Made by a program: the position numbers and the translations under genes. The notes under the pieces were generated by a model. The model did no database searches, had not been told where the DNA came from, and saw only the letters and a list, made by a program, of their open reading frames with translations. A DNA stretch of 63,659 nucleotides, filler included, from Neolecta irregularis DAH-3 (lineage: Eukaryota), in NCBI GenBank assembly GCA_001929475.1. It is 5 parts of 5 records of this genome, joined end to end, with 100 filler letters (N's around TTAATTAATTAA, not from the genome) between each part and the next. Parts side by side here need not be neighbours in the genome. Positions count along the whole stretch, not along the records: positions 44,951 to 59,704 come from LXFE01000177.1; positions 59,805 to 60,812 come from LXFE01002465.1; positions 60,913 to 63,659 come from LXFE01000180.1; 2 more parts are not named here. One strand, written 5' to 3'. Each line of letters begins with the position of its first letter. Position 1 is the stretch's first letter. Of the stretch, positions 48,303 through 61,155 are shown piece by piece.

Positions 48303-50583
48303 TATGAATGAGTACTGCATGTCAGGATGAAATAAAGTTTTCATGTTCCTCGGAATATAAGTTTAGCGTTCATTCCATCCATGTCAATCACCAAGGAGCC
48401 TAACTCATTTCCTTGCGTGATAATATCAATATGTCTTTATCTGACTTAGCTTCCCTTGCCAAGAAGACAACTTTTCAACTGCCTTCAACGACTGTTTCCT
48501 TGCTTCAAACATATCAATGGATGTTAACCCATAGATATGAGGCTTTCTCGAAATAATAGTCCGTGTAAAAACTCCCATAACGGTTCCCGTGCGGAAGTAC
48601 TACTGCTTGTGACAAAGGCCGTGTGTATAATAACCACAACACAGACAGAGGTTCGACACCAAGATCGATACGGAATAGTTGAAGTGTAGCGTATTTCAAG
48701 AGGTGTGGAGGGAATATGTCTGAATCAAAAATATCGAAATCTTTGAAGGCATCTAGTTCGGGTTTTGCAACTTTCCAGATAGATGAGAAGTAAAAATTAA
48801 GGGTAAAGGTAATGCCACAACGTTCTCGATTGGAGTTGATAATTCGACCAAGATATGAGGTACTTGTCCAACTGGTAATAGTAGCGTATGCGGCTGTAAA
48901 CATATTTCGAAAAGAACTCCGTTCTGGAAAACATTGAGGACGATTCTGAGAATGGCGTGGAATATTACCGTTGGTGGTCGTCATTGTAAATAATCCTTCG
49001 ACATCTGAAAAGACATGAGAACCCCGGGGTGCTGAAGCCCATGATTCAAATATCTGCAGCAGTGTAAAGGTCGTTGGATATTTGTTCTGAAGGCTTCACT
49101 TGTGCAGATAACCACGATCCGAATGGAAAGATATGCTGAATTATTAAACCTTACTCATAAGTAGGGCCCTAAACGATATCCTTTCAATGGGATAATCTTT
49201 TATAATCCAGAGCGCTTTCCTTATCACTGAGTTAGCTGCGATCGCATATTGAATCATAAGTAGTCTTATGAGCTTGACCATCCATTTCATTTGATCGGAT
49301 GAAAATCACACTTAATGCTCCGAAAACCCACATGGAACAAGTGCTGCCAGTGGAGTGAAGTTCCCGAGCGTTATAATTAGTGATTCTGAAACCATATTAG
49401 TGACACATGGTTGTTAGACGATTCAGTGATTGTCAACTGACAGTATGTCAGCTTGGAGTCTTTTAGGCCCTGCTATCGGACCTCTCCAAGTCAATTCTGA
49501 GAGTTGTGGACACATCGGATCGATGGAGTCTTGAAATTAAAGATTTCGTAAATACCCACACCAGTTTCCCTCGTTCGCTTGCCGTTCTGCCCTGATAACC
49601 TTTCTCTGCTTATTTAAGTACTTGGTGTGCGACTTGGAGCCAAAAAAGGATCTTGCTTTTGGTTTATGTAAGAATTGTCCGGAGGTAACCTCTTTAGAAA
49701 ATCCCTCAGGACTGCGCTGAGAAATAAATAAATGTCATGTAATCTCAAGTAGTTACTTTACTAGGCTACGACGCGTATTTATATATCTGCAGCAAAGGAA
49801 ATGTCTCGCACTCGGCTACGCGTGATTGAGGTATATCCGATATGTCTCGCTACTATCAGCTGTGGAATTTGGATATTTCCACCAAGTCTAAGTACTATTA
49901 CTTTTATTGAGACCGATAGATCAAGTGAGATTTCCAAAGTTCAAAGAGAATTATTGAGTGAATAATTTTATCAATCTGATGCCACTGTTTTTAATATTAG
50001 TCTACTTGCTGGCACTTCATTGGTCATTACTACAGTGAATAGCATGGCCTAGTTATTCAGTGGATACCTTGTGATAATTTAATCACTTTGTTATGTATAT
50101 GTGTACATTTCTTATTCGGGGGAGTACCGGCGATCAATAAAAGTGTCATAGGATCTCTATTTCCTTTTCTTGTGGTTGAAACAGAGAACTTGATCTCAGA
50201 AAATCCTTCTTTTCGGGAAATGGGTTTGATCGAAAATTGCCTTTGAGTATCGAGGATTCAAAATATTCGAGTTTGGAAAAGAATCCTGCTTTGAAGCTTT
50301 GTTTTGAGGTACCGGCTGGCCGAGACCAATCTTGAACTACTGCATAAGCAAGGTTTTCGCACAATATTTGCAGCTCTTATGGACCAAAGAAATACACACG
50401 ATAGACTATATCAAAGTATACAATATTCTTATATTCTTCATAAAATCGAAGTAGACTTAAAGTCCTTATCCGTGTTATCTCCACTCCACCGTCAATATAC
50501 TGACTGCCTCTCTATAATCATCCACTAGCACTTATTTAACACCAACCCAGTGTGCTCAAACAGGACGCCTGGATCCCCTTGAG

Positions 50584-51034
50584 ATGGTGCTCTTTGCTTC
50601 CCAGGAAACAGGGTTTAATAAGACAGGGTTTGCAATATAACACCTACTTGACTTCCCAAAAGATCTATGGGTGTAAGAAGTGTAAAACCCATTTAGCGCG
50701 ATCCGAAGAGATCGTTTCAAGGGTACCATTGGTCAGTTTACGCAATGTTGAAAGATAGGCATTCCGAGGTCAACATGGAAAGGCCTACCTATTCGACAAA
50801 GTGTACCTTTGTACTCGTTGTATTCTATGGTGTAACGACTCTAGAGTTAATACAATCGATGGAAACCCTGAAGAACGAACTATGACGACGGGCCGTCATA
50901 TTGTCCGAGATATCAAATGCTGTGGCTGCGAATCTATTGTCGGTTGGAAATATGATCGCGCATATGAACAGAGTGAAGCATACAAGGAAGGCAAGTTTAT
51001 TCTCGAATATGAATTGCTCAAGATCGTCAAGTAA
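50584..51034 (+). CDS. Yippee-family zinc-binding protein (Moh1-like)
   Basis: M|GLQYNTYL..CKKCKTHL, FRGQHGKAYLF, MTTGRHIVRDIKC and GWKY..YKEGKFILE. Confidence 0.93.
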
Positions 51035-51526
51035 GTGTGGTTAGAGAGTTTAAACATGGTTTCTTTAGAGATTATTCGGTTTCATGTGGTGGTTACGAAC
51101 GGCAACCATTCGGCTTTGTCACATCTTGTCAATTCGTATAGGCTGGAGTATTAGGTTACGATTTGTTACTGGCGTTTTTGTCTTTGGATTCTTTTATTTT
51201 GTTACACGTACATTCTCGGTTTGAATACACTATTGCCTTTTTTTGCTCTTTCTTTTTTAAATGTTGATGGGCGTTCCAAGTTTTGTAGCTCAAGCAAAAT
51301 ATTCACCGCATAGGCTCAAATGATTAGTCGATAGATCAGAGAACTAAAATACTGGAAGAATCGACACAAAACCCATTTCTTATTCTCTTCATGAGCAAAA
51401 GCTTTAAATCCCTGTAAATATAAAGAACAAGGTAAAAAGATTGCAGAGGACCGGTATGAACAACATTCACAAGCCAAAGACGTTTAAAAGAGCAACTTGC
51501 ATATCGACAGAAGGGCGTTCAGGAGG

Positions 51527-52705
51527 TTACTCATCAGAACCAGCTCGCTGACCAATCAGTATATGAATCACAAGTTTCATACTCGAGCCTTCTCCTCTTC
51601 GAGTTGCTCATAAAGCAGATAAAGCGCCCTTTGGGTGTTTTCAGGAGTTCCAGTAATTGTAAACATTCTCTCTCCAGTAGCATCATGAGGAGTTTTAGCA
51701 ATGCTAATTCTACTGCCACTTTTGTTTCGAATGTCTGAAATTTTGCTTCCTCCTTTACCAATTATACAACCAACCATATCCCCGGGAATCGAGATATTTT
51801 GAGTTCGAACGTCTCCAGATTCCTCGCCACTGGATCGGCGGCGCGGCTCACGAGGCTCGGATCTAGGAACAAAATCACTTCCGTTCCCGGTTCTTCGAGG
51901 GGCAGATGGTCCAAAGTTTCCGCCGCTGTAGGAATTAGACAAATTGTGGCCGCCGTTGGATCTCGGGATTGGATTGTAAAGTACAGTACCGGCGGCACGT
52001 TCCCAATCATCAATAAGGCATTTTCCAACTTGCCAGACAGCAATATTGACAGCATCGGGTGTGCCCTGAATTTCGACGACACGTTCAGTGGACTGAGGAA
52101 GCATCTCCTTTGCAGCAGTCATACGGCAACCAGATTGGTCCTGGATAAGCTTGATACGGGTTCCAGCTCGACCGATGATCGTCCCCATTAGCTGGTGCGA
52201 GATCAGAAGCTTGAGAGAAACAGCGGAAGGATTTGGAGGTTGTTCTAGTAATGTCTTGGCGATATGCGCATATGCCTGGGATGTTAGATTGCCGCATTCA
52301 GGACAAGAATGGCACCTTGGCGACACCTTCGAGAGTCCCGACAATGGTCAATACACGATCATGAACACCTTGAACAACTTTAGACACTCCAGCCTTGACG
52401 CCAAGGAGTTCTCTCAATTCGGAAACATTCTTTCCTTGCTTCCCGATGATGACGCCGGCTTCCTTGGTGGATACGAGGGCACGCATAGTGACTTGGGTAT
52501 TTGCGTACTCCTCGTCGTCGAGCGACTGCTGGTCGTCGCCGTCGTTTTCAGGCTCTTCGTCAGCATTTTCGTTATTAAATGTGTTTTCAAAGAGCGAGTT
52601 TGCGTTTCCAGCACTGGGTTTTTGCTGTGGATCGGAAAGACCGATGTTTGCGAGGCGGGACGCGGCGTCATCAGCGGTAAAGGTGGATTCTGCGGCAGCA
52701 GCCAT
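51527..52705 (-). CDS. Three-KH-domain RNA-binding protein (Rnc1/Hek2/hnRNP K-like)
   Basis: IIGKQG, IIGRAG and IIGKGG GxxG loops. Confidence 0.93.
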
Positions 52706-53451
52706 GGCGGGCGGAGGGGGGGAGAGGGCGGGGATGGAGAATAGGGGAGGATGAAGGAGGTTGGGGTTGGTGGGAGGAGGGCGGAGGGCGACGGAGGAGA
52801 AGAAGGCGGGCAGGCGGCGGCGGGCGACAGCGGACAAAATCCAGAATTTCTCGCGGTGGGTCGGCCTGGCCCTGGATGTCCGCTAATTAGCGGCAATTGT
52901 GAAAGACCCCTAATTGCACCTGCCTCGCTTCCTGCACAGCACCCACGATCTGCTCGTTTTTCTTCTCTTTTTGTTTTGTACTGTGGCGCGTGGGCAGGAG
53001 AATGCAAGGCGGGCTTATCGCGGCGTGCTGTGTGACAGAAGATGTCTCTGCTGGGCTGCTCGACCGGGCACTGCTCCTCCAGATATCAATCATTCTGCGT
53101 CTTCCAGGCCCGCCCGTCGACTATCCTGTGAGAGAGACACCAGCTAGTCATGTTTCCAGAAATATTGGTCTGCATTGTGAAACAACGGGGCAGTCCGTGC
53201 GCGCCTGAAACACGAGATTGCTCTGCCCTCCCCCGCATTTCCCAGGCCCATTCCATAAAAAGAAATCAAAGAATCTTCAATTTGTTCAATTATGAGCAGT
53301 AAGCAAGGCGATAAACATTAATCAAAAGTCTTCTCCAAGCCGTGGTGCAACTATATCAACATGAACGGAAAAACAAAACGAACCACCGTGACCCACGATA
53401 AATACGATATTCCGTGCCCGCTCATAACGATTCTCAACTTCCAGTGCCATG

Positions 53452-54009
53452 CTAATCCGTTCCATTCCCCGTGGGTAAATCAAACATACTTTCCTCTAGT
53501 AAATCACCCCCTACATCCCCCCAGTTCGGCGTAGCCTCTGGTTGAAATCCGCACCAAATATCAATGTCGACATCAGATCCACTGTGTAACATGGTTCCCA
53601 GGCATCGAGCAACGAACATTGTGCAAGATTGACCGTGGCAGCCTCCGTCAGGACTCCAATGCTTGGAATGTTCAAAGCTAAATTGAGTCAAACCACCAAA
53701 TATAAATAATATGGAAACTTACAAGTGTTTCTTCAGGGGCTTACGACTCTTATATAGCTTGCCGCATAGCTTACAGTTGAGGCTAAACGGGTTTTCTCTG
53801 CCCTTCTTAGCCTTGATATTGTACTTCTTTCGAGGTCGTTTAAATTGACTGGGATCATCAGGCTGATTAGCGGAATCAATAATTGCTTTGGCTGGAGCCT
53901 CTTGAGAAGGTTCCCGAGACGTGGAACTGTATGTCGGTGCTGGAGAAAAGTATCCCATCCGTGGAGACGCAAACCCAGTGGAGTTCGGGGAAGCAGATCT
54001 GTTGCTCAT
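53452..54009 (-). CDS. Small single C2H2 zinc-finger protein
   Basis: CKLCGKLYKSRKPLKKH..EH..HW spans an intron; basic NLS-like KRPRKK. Confidence 0.7.
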
Positions 54010-56089
54010 GGTTGTTACGTTCTTGAAGCAGTACTTTGGTATGCCCGGCACTGCAGAATACCCTGGTATAAAAGGTTGTTGGTTGAAGATGGAGATAAAA
54101 TAAATTCTTGCTGATGACGACTAAATTGGGATGAGTTGAGTGCCCAGGGAGGAATGAGGGAGACTGATGAAATTCTGGGGGGCGAAGTCGAAGCGGGGAG
54201 TCGCCTGAGGCGTCTCACTTTCCAAAAAAATAAATTCCGCTGTTGAGATTTGGTTGCTACATTCCCGACTTACTGGGATCCCCTATCTGGCCTTTACCCC
54301 TTTCAAGTGCTAGCTTACACAACACGTTGACACGATGTAATCACAGTCCAATCATGCTGGAGCTCTTGCTCCTCCATGGTATGCATTCAAGTGGGCTTAT
54401 GCTCCTGTCGGCGATCATTCGCAGAATTGCATCACCATGCTGCGCCTCGATTAAGAAAAAAAAACTGTTTGATCGAGATCATTAACTACCATAGATAAGA
54501 CCGAATTAACGAACGGTGAGACAAGCCGTCGATCGGCGCGCTGTGTCTCGCCTCGAATTTGTAACCTAAAATATTTCTTTTTGTCCTAGCCTTGGTTCAG
54601 TAATCCAAAGGATCAACCTACAAGCGACTTACAAATTCAACAAGGAACAGTTTCTATTTAAAGAAGCGAAGCTTACAAATGGATCATGCTTCAGGGAAGT
54701 CAACATCTACAATATTCATTCAACCCATGTATTGTTTCTTTGAAGTTTACAAGCCAAAGAATTTTAAAGGAAAAGTTCCATATATCGAGCGAGCAGGAAA
54801 GCGAAAGGCGAGTGGAGCCGCCTTGTCCACATTGTTTCTCTAGTGTTTCACCAAATCGAGCTCTAGCAAATCTGTCAAACTCTTTAGAACATATGAAATA
54901 AGGGTATCTGTTCGTCATTGAGCACCTGGAACATTCTGTATAGAGTTGAATGAGAGATTTATTCAATCGTAAAACCTGCTCAAGATTTGGCGAATCATGT
55001 TTATTTCACAGAAAAACGCTAGAAATCAGGTGATCGGCAAAAAGGCGCCCTCATTTTGTCAGTGTGGCTTGAAATCCAAGAATAGATACCAATAAAAACG
55101 TCATTGGTATGATAAATAACTCAAGCCTCGAAAGATAATTTCGTCCAATGGTATCTAAGAATGTGCCAGTTGGCTGCTTTTTTTGGATCATCGGATATCG
55201 GCCAAATTGGCAGTTTTAATACCGCAATTTCTTAATTGTTAAATAGCCCCATAAGGTGACTGCTTCACGATGCTGCGAATCTTACCCACACCCGTCCTTC
55301 ATTTATTTATGGCAAGCTTTTATACCCCGAATGATTATTCAACGAACAGAATCTGGGGGATTGAGTTAAACTAGCTTAGAGTGTTTTGAAAGCTGTCGGC
55401 AAAAAAAACTACCAAGATACCGGACGTGGAACTGATAAGAGTCATGAATTATTAGAAGTATTGGTTATATTCACCCAACATCTCCTGCAAGTTTAATTTG
55501 CAATTAAACATATACTGCTCGAATTCTGCATGAGGCCGGAAAATTATGGGTCATTGATTGCAGATAGCTGTAGATCATCGGAATCGCGTGACATAATTGA
55601 CAGATGCTCGATCATTAACCAGGGAAAGAGAAATTATCAGATGATTACTCTGTATACGCACTTAACTGGGGAGTGCAGAAAACGACGGCAATAGTCTTAA
55701 CTGAGTAGATTGATGCAGAGCTATGCTCAAGCAATACGAGGAACTGTAACTTGGGAAGTCTCTGGGGACTACCCCAATGACTATATAAAATTTTGAAGAA
55801 ACTTTGACTAGCTTATATTAACTGATGTCATCATACTCGCCTACCAAACTTTTTCGAAATAGCTTATGACGAGTATTCTCGATATTATGAGTAAAGGAGC
55901 AGGCTTTTAAAGGCTTTCTTGTAACTCTCTGCTCGAAAATCTTTTCATCACACGAGTTCATCGCAGATTCCTCAGAATTCCAACAATCTGAATGTGGGAT
56001 GAAAATGGACATTTTTATTCTTAAATTAAACCCCAATCCAGCGCCTGTAAAATCAACAACAATCCAAGGAAATATACTAAAAACTTCAT

Positions 56090-57071
56090 TCAATCTTCAT
56101 CCGTGCCTAAATCCTCATCAAGCTCATCAATTAAACCATTTTCCACCTCATCCTGCGCAAACCAATCATGATCAGCGTTCTTCTTCAGTCCAGTCTTTTC
56201 TAAACAAGACGTAATAGCAATCTACCTGTCAAATATAGAAATGTGGATGGAATACCCAGATGATAGTGGCTATTCCACACCAAATTTCCCATTGCGGAAA
56301 TTGTTTCCAGCCGCGTTTATATAGAATTTTTCGACGGTACAGAATGCTTCCCAGGCAGTATACTAGAAGAGTTATCATTGCACTGGTTGTCAGACTGAAG
56401 GGGTTAGGGGAAGTTGAGGTACATCACACTAAACACAGCCCAGGGATTTGTCCCAATTTGCGTTTGGATTCCACATGCATATCGAGTCTTCACGTCAAAG
56501 AGAAAGAAGCAATCGTGTCTATTTGAAAGAACTGTAGCGTGATTATTCTGTTTATTAATGATGGGGTTTGTAAGTGAGGAAGGTACAGGTGAAAGACGGT
56601 CGCAGGTGAATGTAACGATACTGGACCGACAAAAGTTATGCGCATCAGAACACTTTGAATCAGATTCAAGGGTTGATAATAAATGACGATCGTTCATCGT
56701 AAAATTTGTAGTCTTCCTAAGGAAAAATTGGCATAATGTCGCCCGTCGAGAAGATACCCTATATAATATTTCTCATCTCCCACAATTTCTTTCGCAGATA
56801 CGTTTTTAGCATCTTGCGCCTCATTTTGGATGATTTGATAAAAACTCTCTTCATCACCACAAAGATTTAGCGTAAATTTTTTGTCTAGAGTCATGGCTCC
56901 AAGAGAAGTTCTGGTCATTCTTAGTATCTATACTCTCCAAATACAAAAGTACAGCGACAAGGCCGAAATATCATACAACATAGCGCCTGAATTGAAGACA
57001 CAGACATCTTTCTTCGCGTTCGTGGTCATCGGTCGTAATGCAAGCGTGGCGTTCAACAACACCTCCGTCAT
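56090..57071 (-). CDS. Mannose-6-phosphate receptor-like protein (Mrl1-like); 6 exons, fragmented in the ORF track
   Basis: Spliced product: C..YDISAL..FTLNLCG..RSSIVTFTCD..DCFFLFDVKTRYAC, TM helix, YRRK..KRGWKQFPQW, tail ENGLIDELDED; alternative start at 57029. Confidence 0.82.
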
Positions 57072-58538
57072 GCTTAATCCGCCCACTTCCCATTACGAGT
57101 TCTTAGGTCCTCCTGGTGCCCTTTTAACATCTTTTGGGGTCTGCATTGTCTCTTTTGCCCTATTCTTTCTGTGTACTGAAGACGGCTGTCCCCCGAAAGA
57201 ACTTGAAATCAAATGGAACAAATTCTGGAGTTGGAAAATTACGGGGTTATACCTCGTATGGTGGATTTTATTGCTCGCAATGACGATAATTGTTCCGGGA
57301 AACTATGTCCAAGGAACAAAATTGCGCGACGGGAAGAATCTATCTTATAAAATGAATGGTTTGATATTGTATAAATCAAAATTTTCACGGATAGGATTTC
57401 GAATATTCATTTTAGTATACTCGATAACGCTTGCAATAGCCTATAAATCGCCATCAACGCTCGCCTATTTAGCTGATAATTTTCTGCCTCTGATCTCGGT
57501 GACATCTCTCTTTTCATTCCTTCTGGCTGTGTTTGTGTACTTCCGTTCCTACAAATCATCCGCAATGCTGGCGCTTGGGGGAAATTCTTCTTCTGGGATA
57601 TACAATGTACATTGGATACTCTTTTTAAAAGCTGATTAGATAGTGGTTCATTGGCCGAGAACTTAATCCTCGCATTTCAATACTCAATCTCCATGATTTA
57701 GATCTCAAAGAATGGTGCGAACTTCGTCCGGGTCTGATTCTCTGGACGATACTCAATCTCTCTTTTGCGATGAAACAGTACGTTTCTCTCGGTTATGTTC
57801 AACTTTCGATGATCCTAGTAAATATTTTTCAATTCATGTACGTGTGGGATTCGTTATATAATGAACCCGCAGTATTGACGACAATGGATATAACGTGCCT
57901 TTCTCTCATGTTGAAAAGAACTGATTGGAAGGACTGATGGGTTTGGCTTTATGCTATCGTTTGGAGATTTATCTTGGGTCCCGACGACTTATTCCCTGCA
58001 GGCGCGATATCTCTCACTTTTTCCGCGTGATTTTTCAACAAAGATGATGGCAATGGTGATCGTTACTCAAATTGTGGGATACTATATTTTCCGCTCGAGC
58101 AATTCACAGAAAAACGAGTTTCGGAAAGATCCCAATGCAAGTACAGTGAAACGTACACTGTTTCAATGAAGAGAGTTGATGCCCAGATCTGAAATTTCTG
58201 GAAACAAAAGCCGGAAGCCTATTGTTGATTTCGGGATGGTGGGGCACTGCTCGTCACATCAACTATTTGGGTAGGCGTAAACCTAGGGGGATGTCTAAGG
58301 TATTAGGTGATTGGATCATGGCGTGCTCATGGTGTCTGACGACGGGGTTCAATACACCGATAACGTATTTCTATGTTGTTTATTTCGCTGTATGATCCCT
58401 GAAAGCAAGAGCTTACTGGAGATCTTGTTGATCCACAGAGAACGCCGGGATGATGAGAAATGCTTGAAAAAATATGGGCCGGATTGGGAAAGATATTGCG
58501 CCATTGTCAAATGGAGAATCATTCCGTTTGCGTATTGA
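57070..58538 (+). CDS. ERG24: Delta-14 sterol reductase
   Basis: [38 protein letters not shown] and [12 protein letters not shown] motifs. Confidence 0.95.
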
Positions 58539-58881
58539 TTCGCAAGGTGGCTGACATGGCGTTTCCCCAGAAAAATGTTTCCAAATGCAACTTTTGACGT
58601 TATTGGCTGGATTCAGAATGAGACAAGAAATCAATTGAAAATCTGTCATCTAAACATTAGGTTTGACCCATAATTACCCCACAGTAATCAATAATATGGC
58701 AATATGGATAGCATTATGAGATAAGAGACTAGAAATGAACCCCATGTTCACCGATCCAAGAGCAAACAAATAAAATAACAACAGAAAGGGAATAGGAGAA
58801 AATCCACAGCAAGCTCTGACCATCCCGCCAAAGTTAAACACCCAAAAACACAAGAGATAAATAAAATATAAGCCCGAACAA

Positions 58882-59553
58882 TCATAGAGAACTTGAAGGA
58901 ATACTGGTCCCTAATATGACCAAAGCTTGGGCTGCCGTTTCCTCTTTGCGTCTTGTAACTTCGTGATCCCAAAAGCCAAGACGATTCCAGTCTTCGTCAT
59001 CTGTGACCATATCGACGTCCTCCTCGTCTTCGATGGGTACTTCCTCGTCTTCAGACATCATGAGATCGGGGATGAATTGGCTCTCGAGACTTGAGCTTTG
59101 TCGTTGGGGGTTTTTCCCGCCAGTATAGGAGCTAGTAGGGCCGTTAACACCGATAGCAGCCCAGCGGCCCCAGCCGATTTTTTCAAACTTTTCGCCCTTG
59201 CGAGACTCAAGTGCCTTTGTGATTATCCTGCGCTGTTTCTGGGGAGGCAGTTCTGCGAAGCCGGGGATCATGCTGTTGAGATGGCCGGCAATATGACGGA
59301 TGGCCATGGCGCCGCGCGAGGCCAGGAGGGTGGGCAGGTAGTGGGTCGAGAGCTGGGAGGCGGTGATACTGGGACTGTCAAGAAGCGGCGAGATGTCGAT
59401 GTCGTCGTCGTCGAGGGCCGAGGAGCGATTGGGCGGGAGCGGATCGCGGCTGGGAATTGCAACCGGGGCAGCAGCAACAAGCGCAAGGGCGGCAGACGCC
59501 GCAGAGAAACGGTCCTGGTAAGCGATGTGTGGAACGGGGATGGGCGAAGCCAT
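58882..59553 (-). CDS. STB3: Stb3-like Sin3-binding protein
   Basis: ITASQL..LPTLL..AIRHI..IPGFAELP..KQRRII..FEKIGWGRW; TDDEDW; AAQALV. Confidence 0.85.
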   Translation of the reverse strand: MASPIPVPHIAYQDRFSAASAALALVAAAPVAIPSRDPLPPNRSSALDDDDIDISPLLDSPSITASQLSTHYLPTLLASRGAMAIRHIAGHLNSMIPGFAELPPQKQRRIITKALESRKGEKFEKIGWGRWAAIGVNGPTSSYTGGKNPQRQSSSLESQFIPDLMMSEDEEVPIEDEEDVDMVTDDEDWNRLGFWDHEVTRRKEETAAQALVILGTSIPSSSL

Positions 59554-59704
59554 AGCAGCGAGCCGAGGCAGATGGAGGTTTAGGGAGAGGAAGGAAGACG
59601 GGGCGCGGGCAGGGCCTGTTATAAGGCCGAGGCGGTTGAGTCACCTGCAGTGCCCCGATGAGCCTTTTATTTCCTGCGAAAAACACATCCGTCTAGCACC
59701 AGCT

Positions 59705-59804
59705 NNNNNNNNNNNNNNNNNNNNNNNNNNNNNNNNNNNNNNNNNNNNTTAATTAATTAANNNNNNNNNNNNNNNNNNNNNNNNNNNNNNNNNNNNNNNN
59801 NNNN
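59705..59804. other. Artificial scaffold gap linker
   Basis: N44-TTAATTAATTAA-N44. Confidence 0.97.
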
Positions 59805-60601
59805 TCTTCTACTTTCTATATTCCATTAACCTTGATGTTTCAAAGCTTCATTGGGGGTCCTTGTGCCAATGGATGAATAACCCCACAAGAGTTTAGGAGA
59901 TTTATCTCAGCAGGTGGAATAGCAGACTCTTTGTCCGAGTTTGCTTCCTTGAAAGGTTATTGACAACAGACTTGTTCAGCATTACATTTGTCTCAATTTA
60001 CACCTGCTTGGAAACAGCTCATGGGGCAGCTGAAAAATGTATTCCTTAATCCAACAATAGTCATACTGTAAGTATTGAAGCCCAGATACGAATAAGACTA
60101 GGTTGTATTGTTAGTATGGTTGATATATCGAGACAAAGGTCGCGTGCCATTACCAGGCTTCGAAGGATATGTAAACCTTGGACCTACGGGTATTTCGTCA
60201 TTGCTTATATATCCGAGTGCTTCAAGATACAAAGTCGATGGAGTTGAATTGTCCATGAGGTGGAGAAGCGTGGAAGCCGTTGCCGAGAAATCTCGATTTT
60301 GCGCAAGTTTACATAGTATAGGTTTAAATGAACGGATGATATCGCAGGCTCTCAACAGGGCGTAACGGGAAAGTTTGCAGATGTCATTATTACAACATTT
60401 TCCAAAGATCTGGAGGCGGTGACTTTAGAAACAGACTCTCAACAGGACGTATACGGCGGATAGAGAAAGTTTGTACCAGATGACAGTGATACATTTATAA
60501 GAGATGTGGAAGCCAAGAAAGGTAAATTCATGTGAATTTGTTGCGAGGCAGCGAGGGCAGTGAAATATTTTCTTTCTCTTACTTTCTATATTCGATTGAA
60601 C

Positions 60602-60812
60602 CAGTGTTCCTAACAAGTCAAATCAAGCCATATTTGGACTTCGTTTGATTTGGTTGGCTTAATAAGGGTCTCATTTGGTTTAATTTGGTTTATTTGATTC
60701 AATTTGACTATTTGAATCCTAATTAGCCTCTTATATAATAGGAATAGGTTGAAAAGCAAGTATAAATTGCTATATAATGTATATAATTTTATATCTATCT
60801 AAATATTGTTGG
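60602..60812. mobile_element. Possible hAT/MITE terminus
   Basis: Begins CAGTGTTCCTAACAAGTC (hAT-like CAGTG start), then repeated ATTTG(G/A)(T/C)T motifs up to the contig edge. Confidence 0.4.
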
Positions 60813-60912
60813 NNNNNNNNNNNNNNNNNNNNNNNNNNNNNNNNNNNNNNNNNNNNTTAATTAATTAANNNNNNNNNNNNNNNNNNNNNNNNNNNNNNNN
60901 NNNNNNNNNNNN
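60813..60912. other. Artificial scaffold gap linker
   Basis: N44-TTAATTAATTAA-N44. Confidence 0.97.
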
Positions 60913-60914
60913 CT

Positions 60915-60987
60915 CCCATCTCGCCCGCCTCACACCCCCATCTCGCCCGCCTCACACCCCCATCTCGCCCCCATCTCGCCCGCCTCA
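60915..60987. repeat. CCCATCTCGCCCGCCTCACACC repeats (likely hAT subterminal repeats)
   Basis: About 4 full or partial copies downstream of the transposase, at the contig edge. Confidence 0.75.
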
Positions 60988-61155
60988 TGCATCTCTCCCA
61001 CCACCCGCCACTGACCTGTCAGTGATCCTGTAAGTGATGTTGTGTTATTCTGCTGAAGGATATTTAAGTTGTGGTTTTCCTTCTCTCTTTTGAACAAGAA
61101 CAAGAATAAGTATCAAATAATGAGAATACTACTAGGAATTTACATGCTCCCACTA

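Noticed and set aside
56881..57069. N-terminal extension of ERG24 suggested by the ORF track
   Set aside because: ERG24 homology begins at MLNPP, and this region is better explained by the antisense MRL1-like exons
21548..58538. ERG26 and ERG24 as a sterol gene cluster
   Set aside because: About 35 kb apart, on different contigs and separated by unrelated genes
59805..60600. Short minus-strand ORF fragments on a small contig
   Set aside because: No recognizable family and interrupted frames; a gene call cannot be supported
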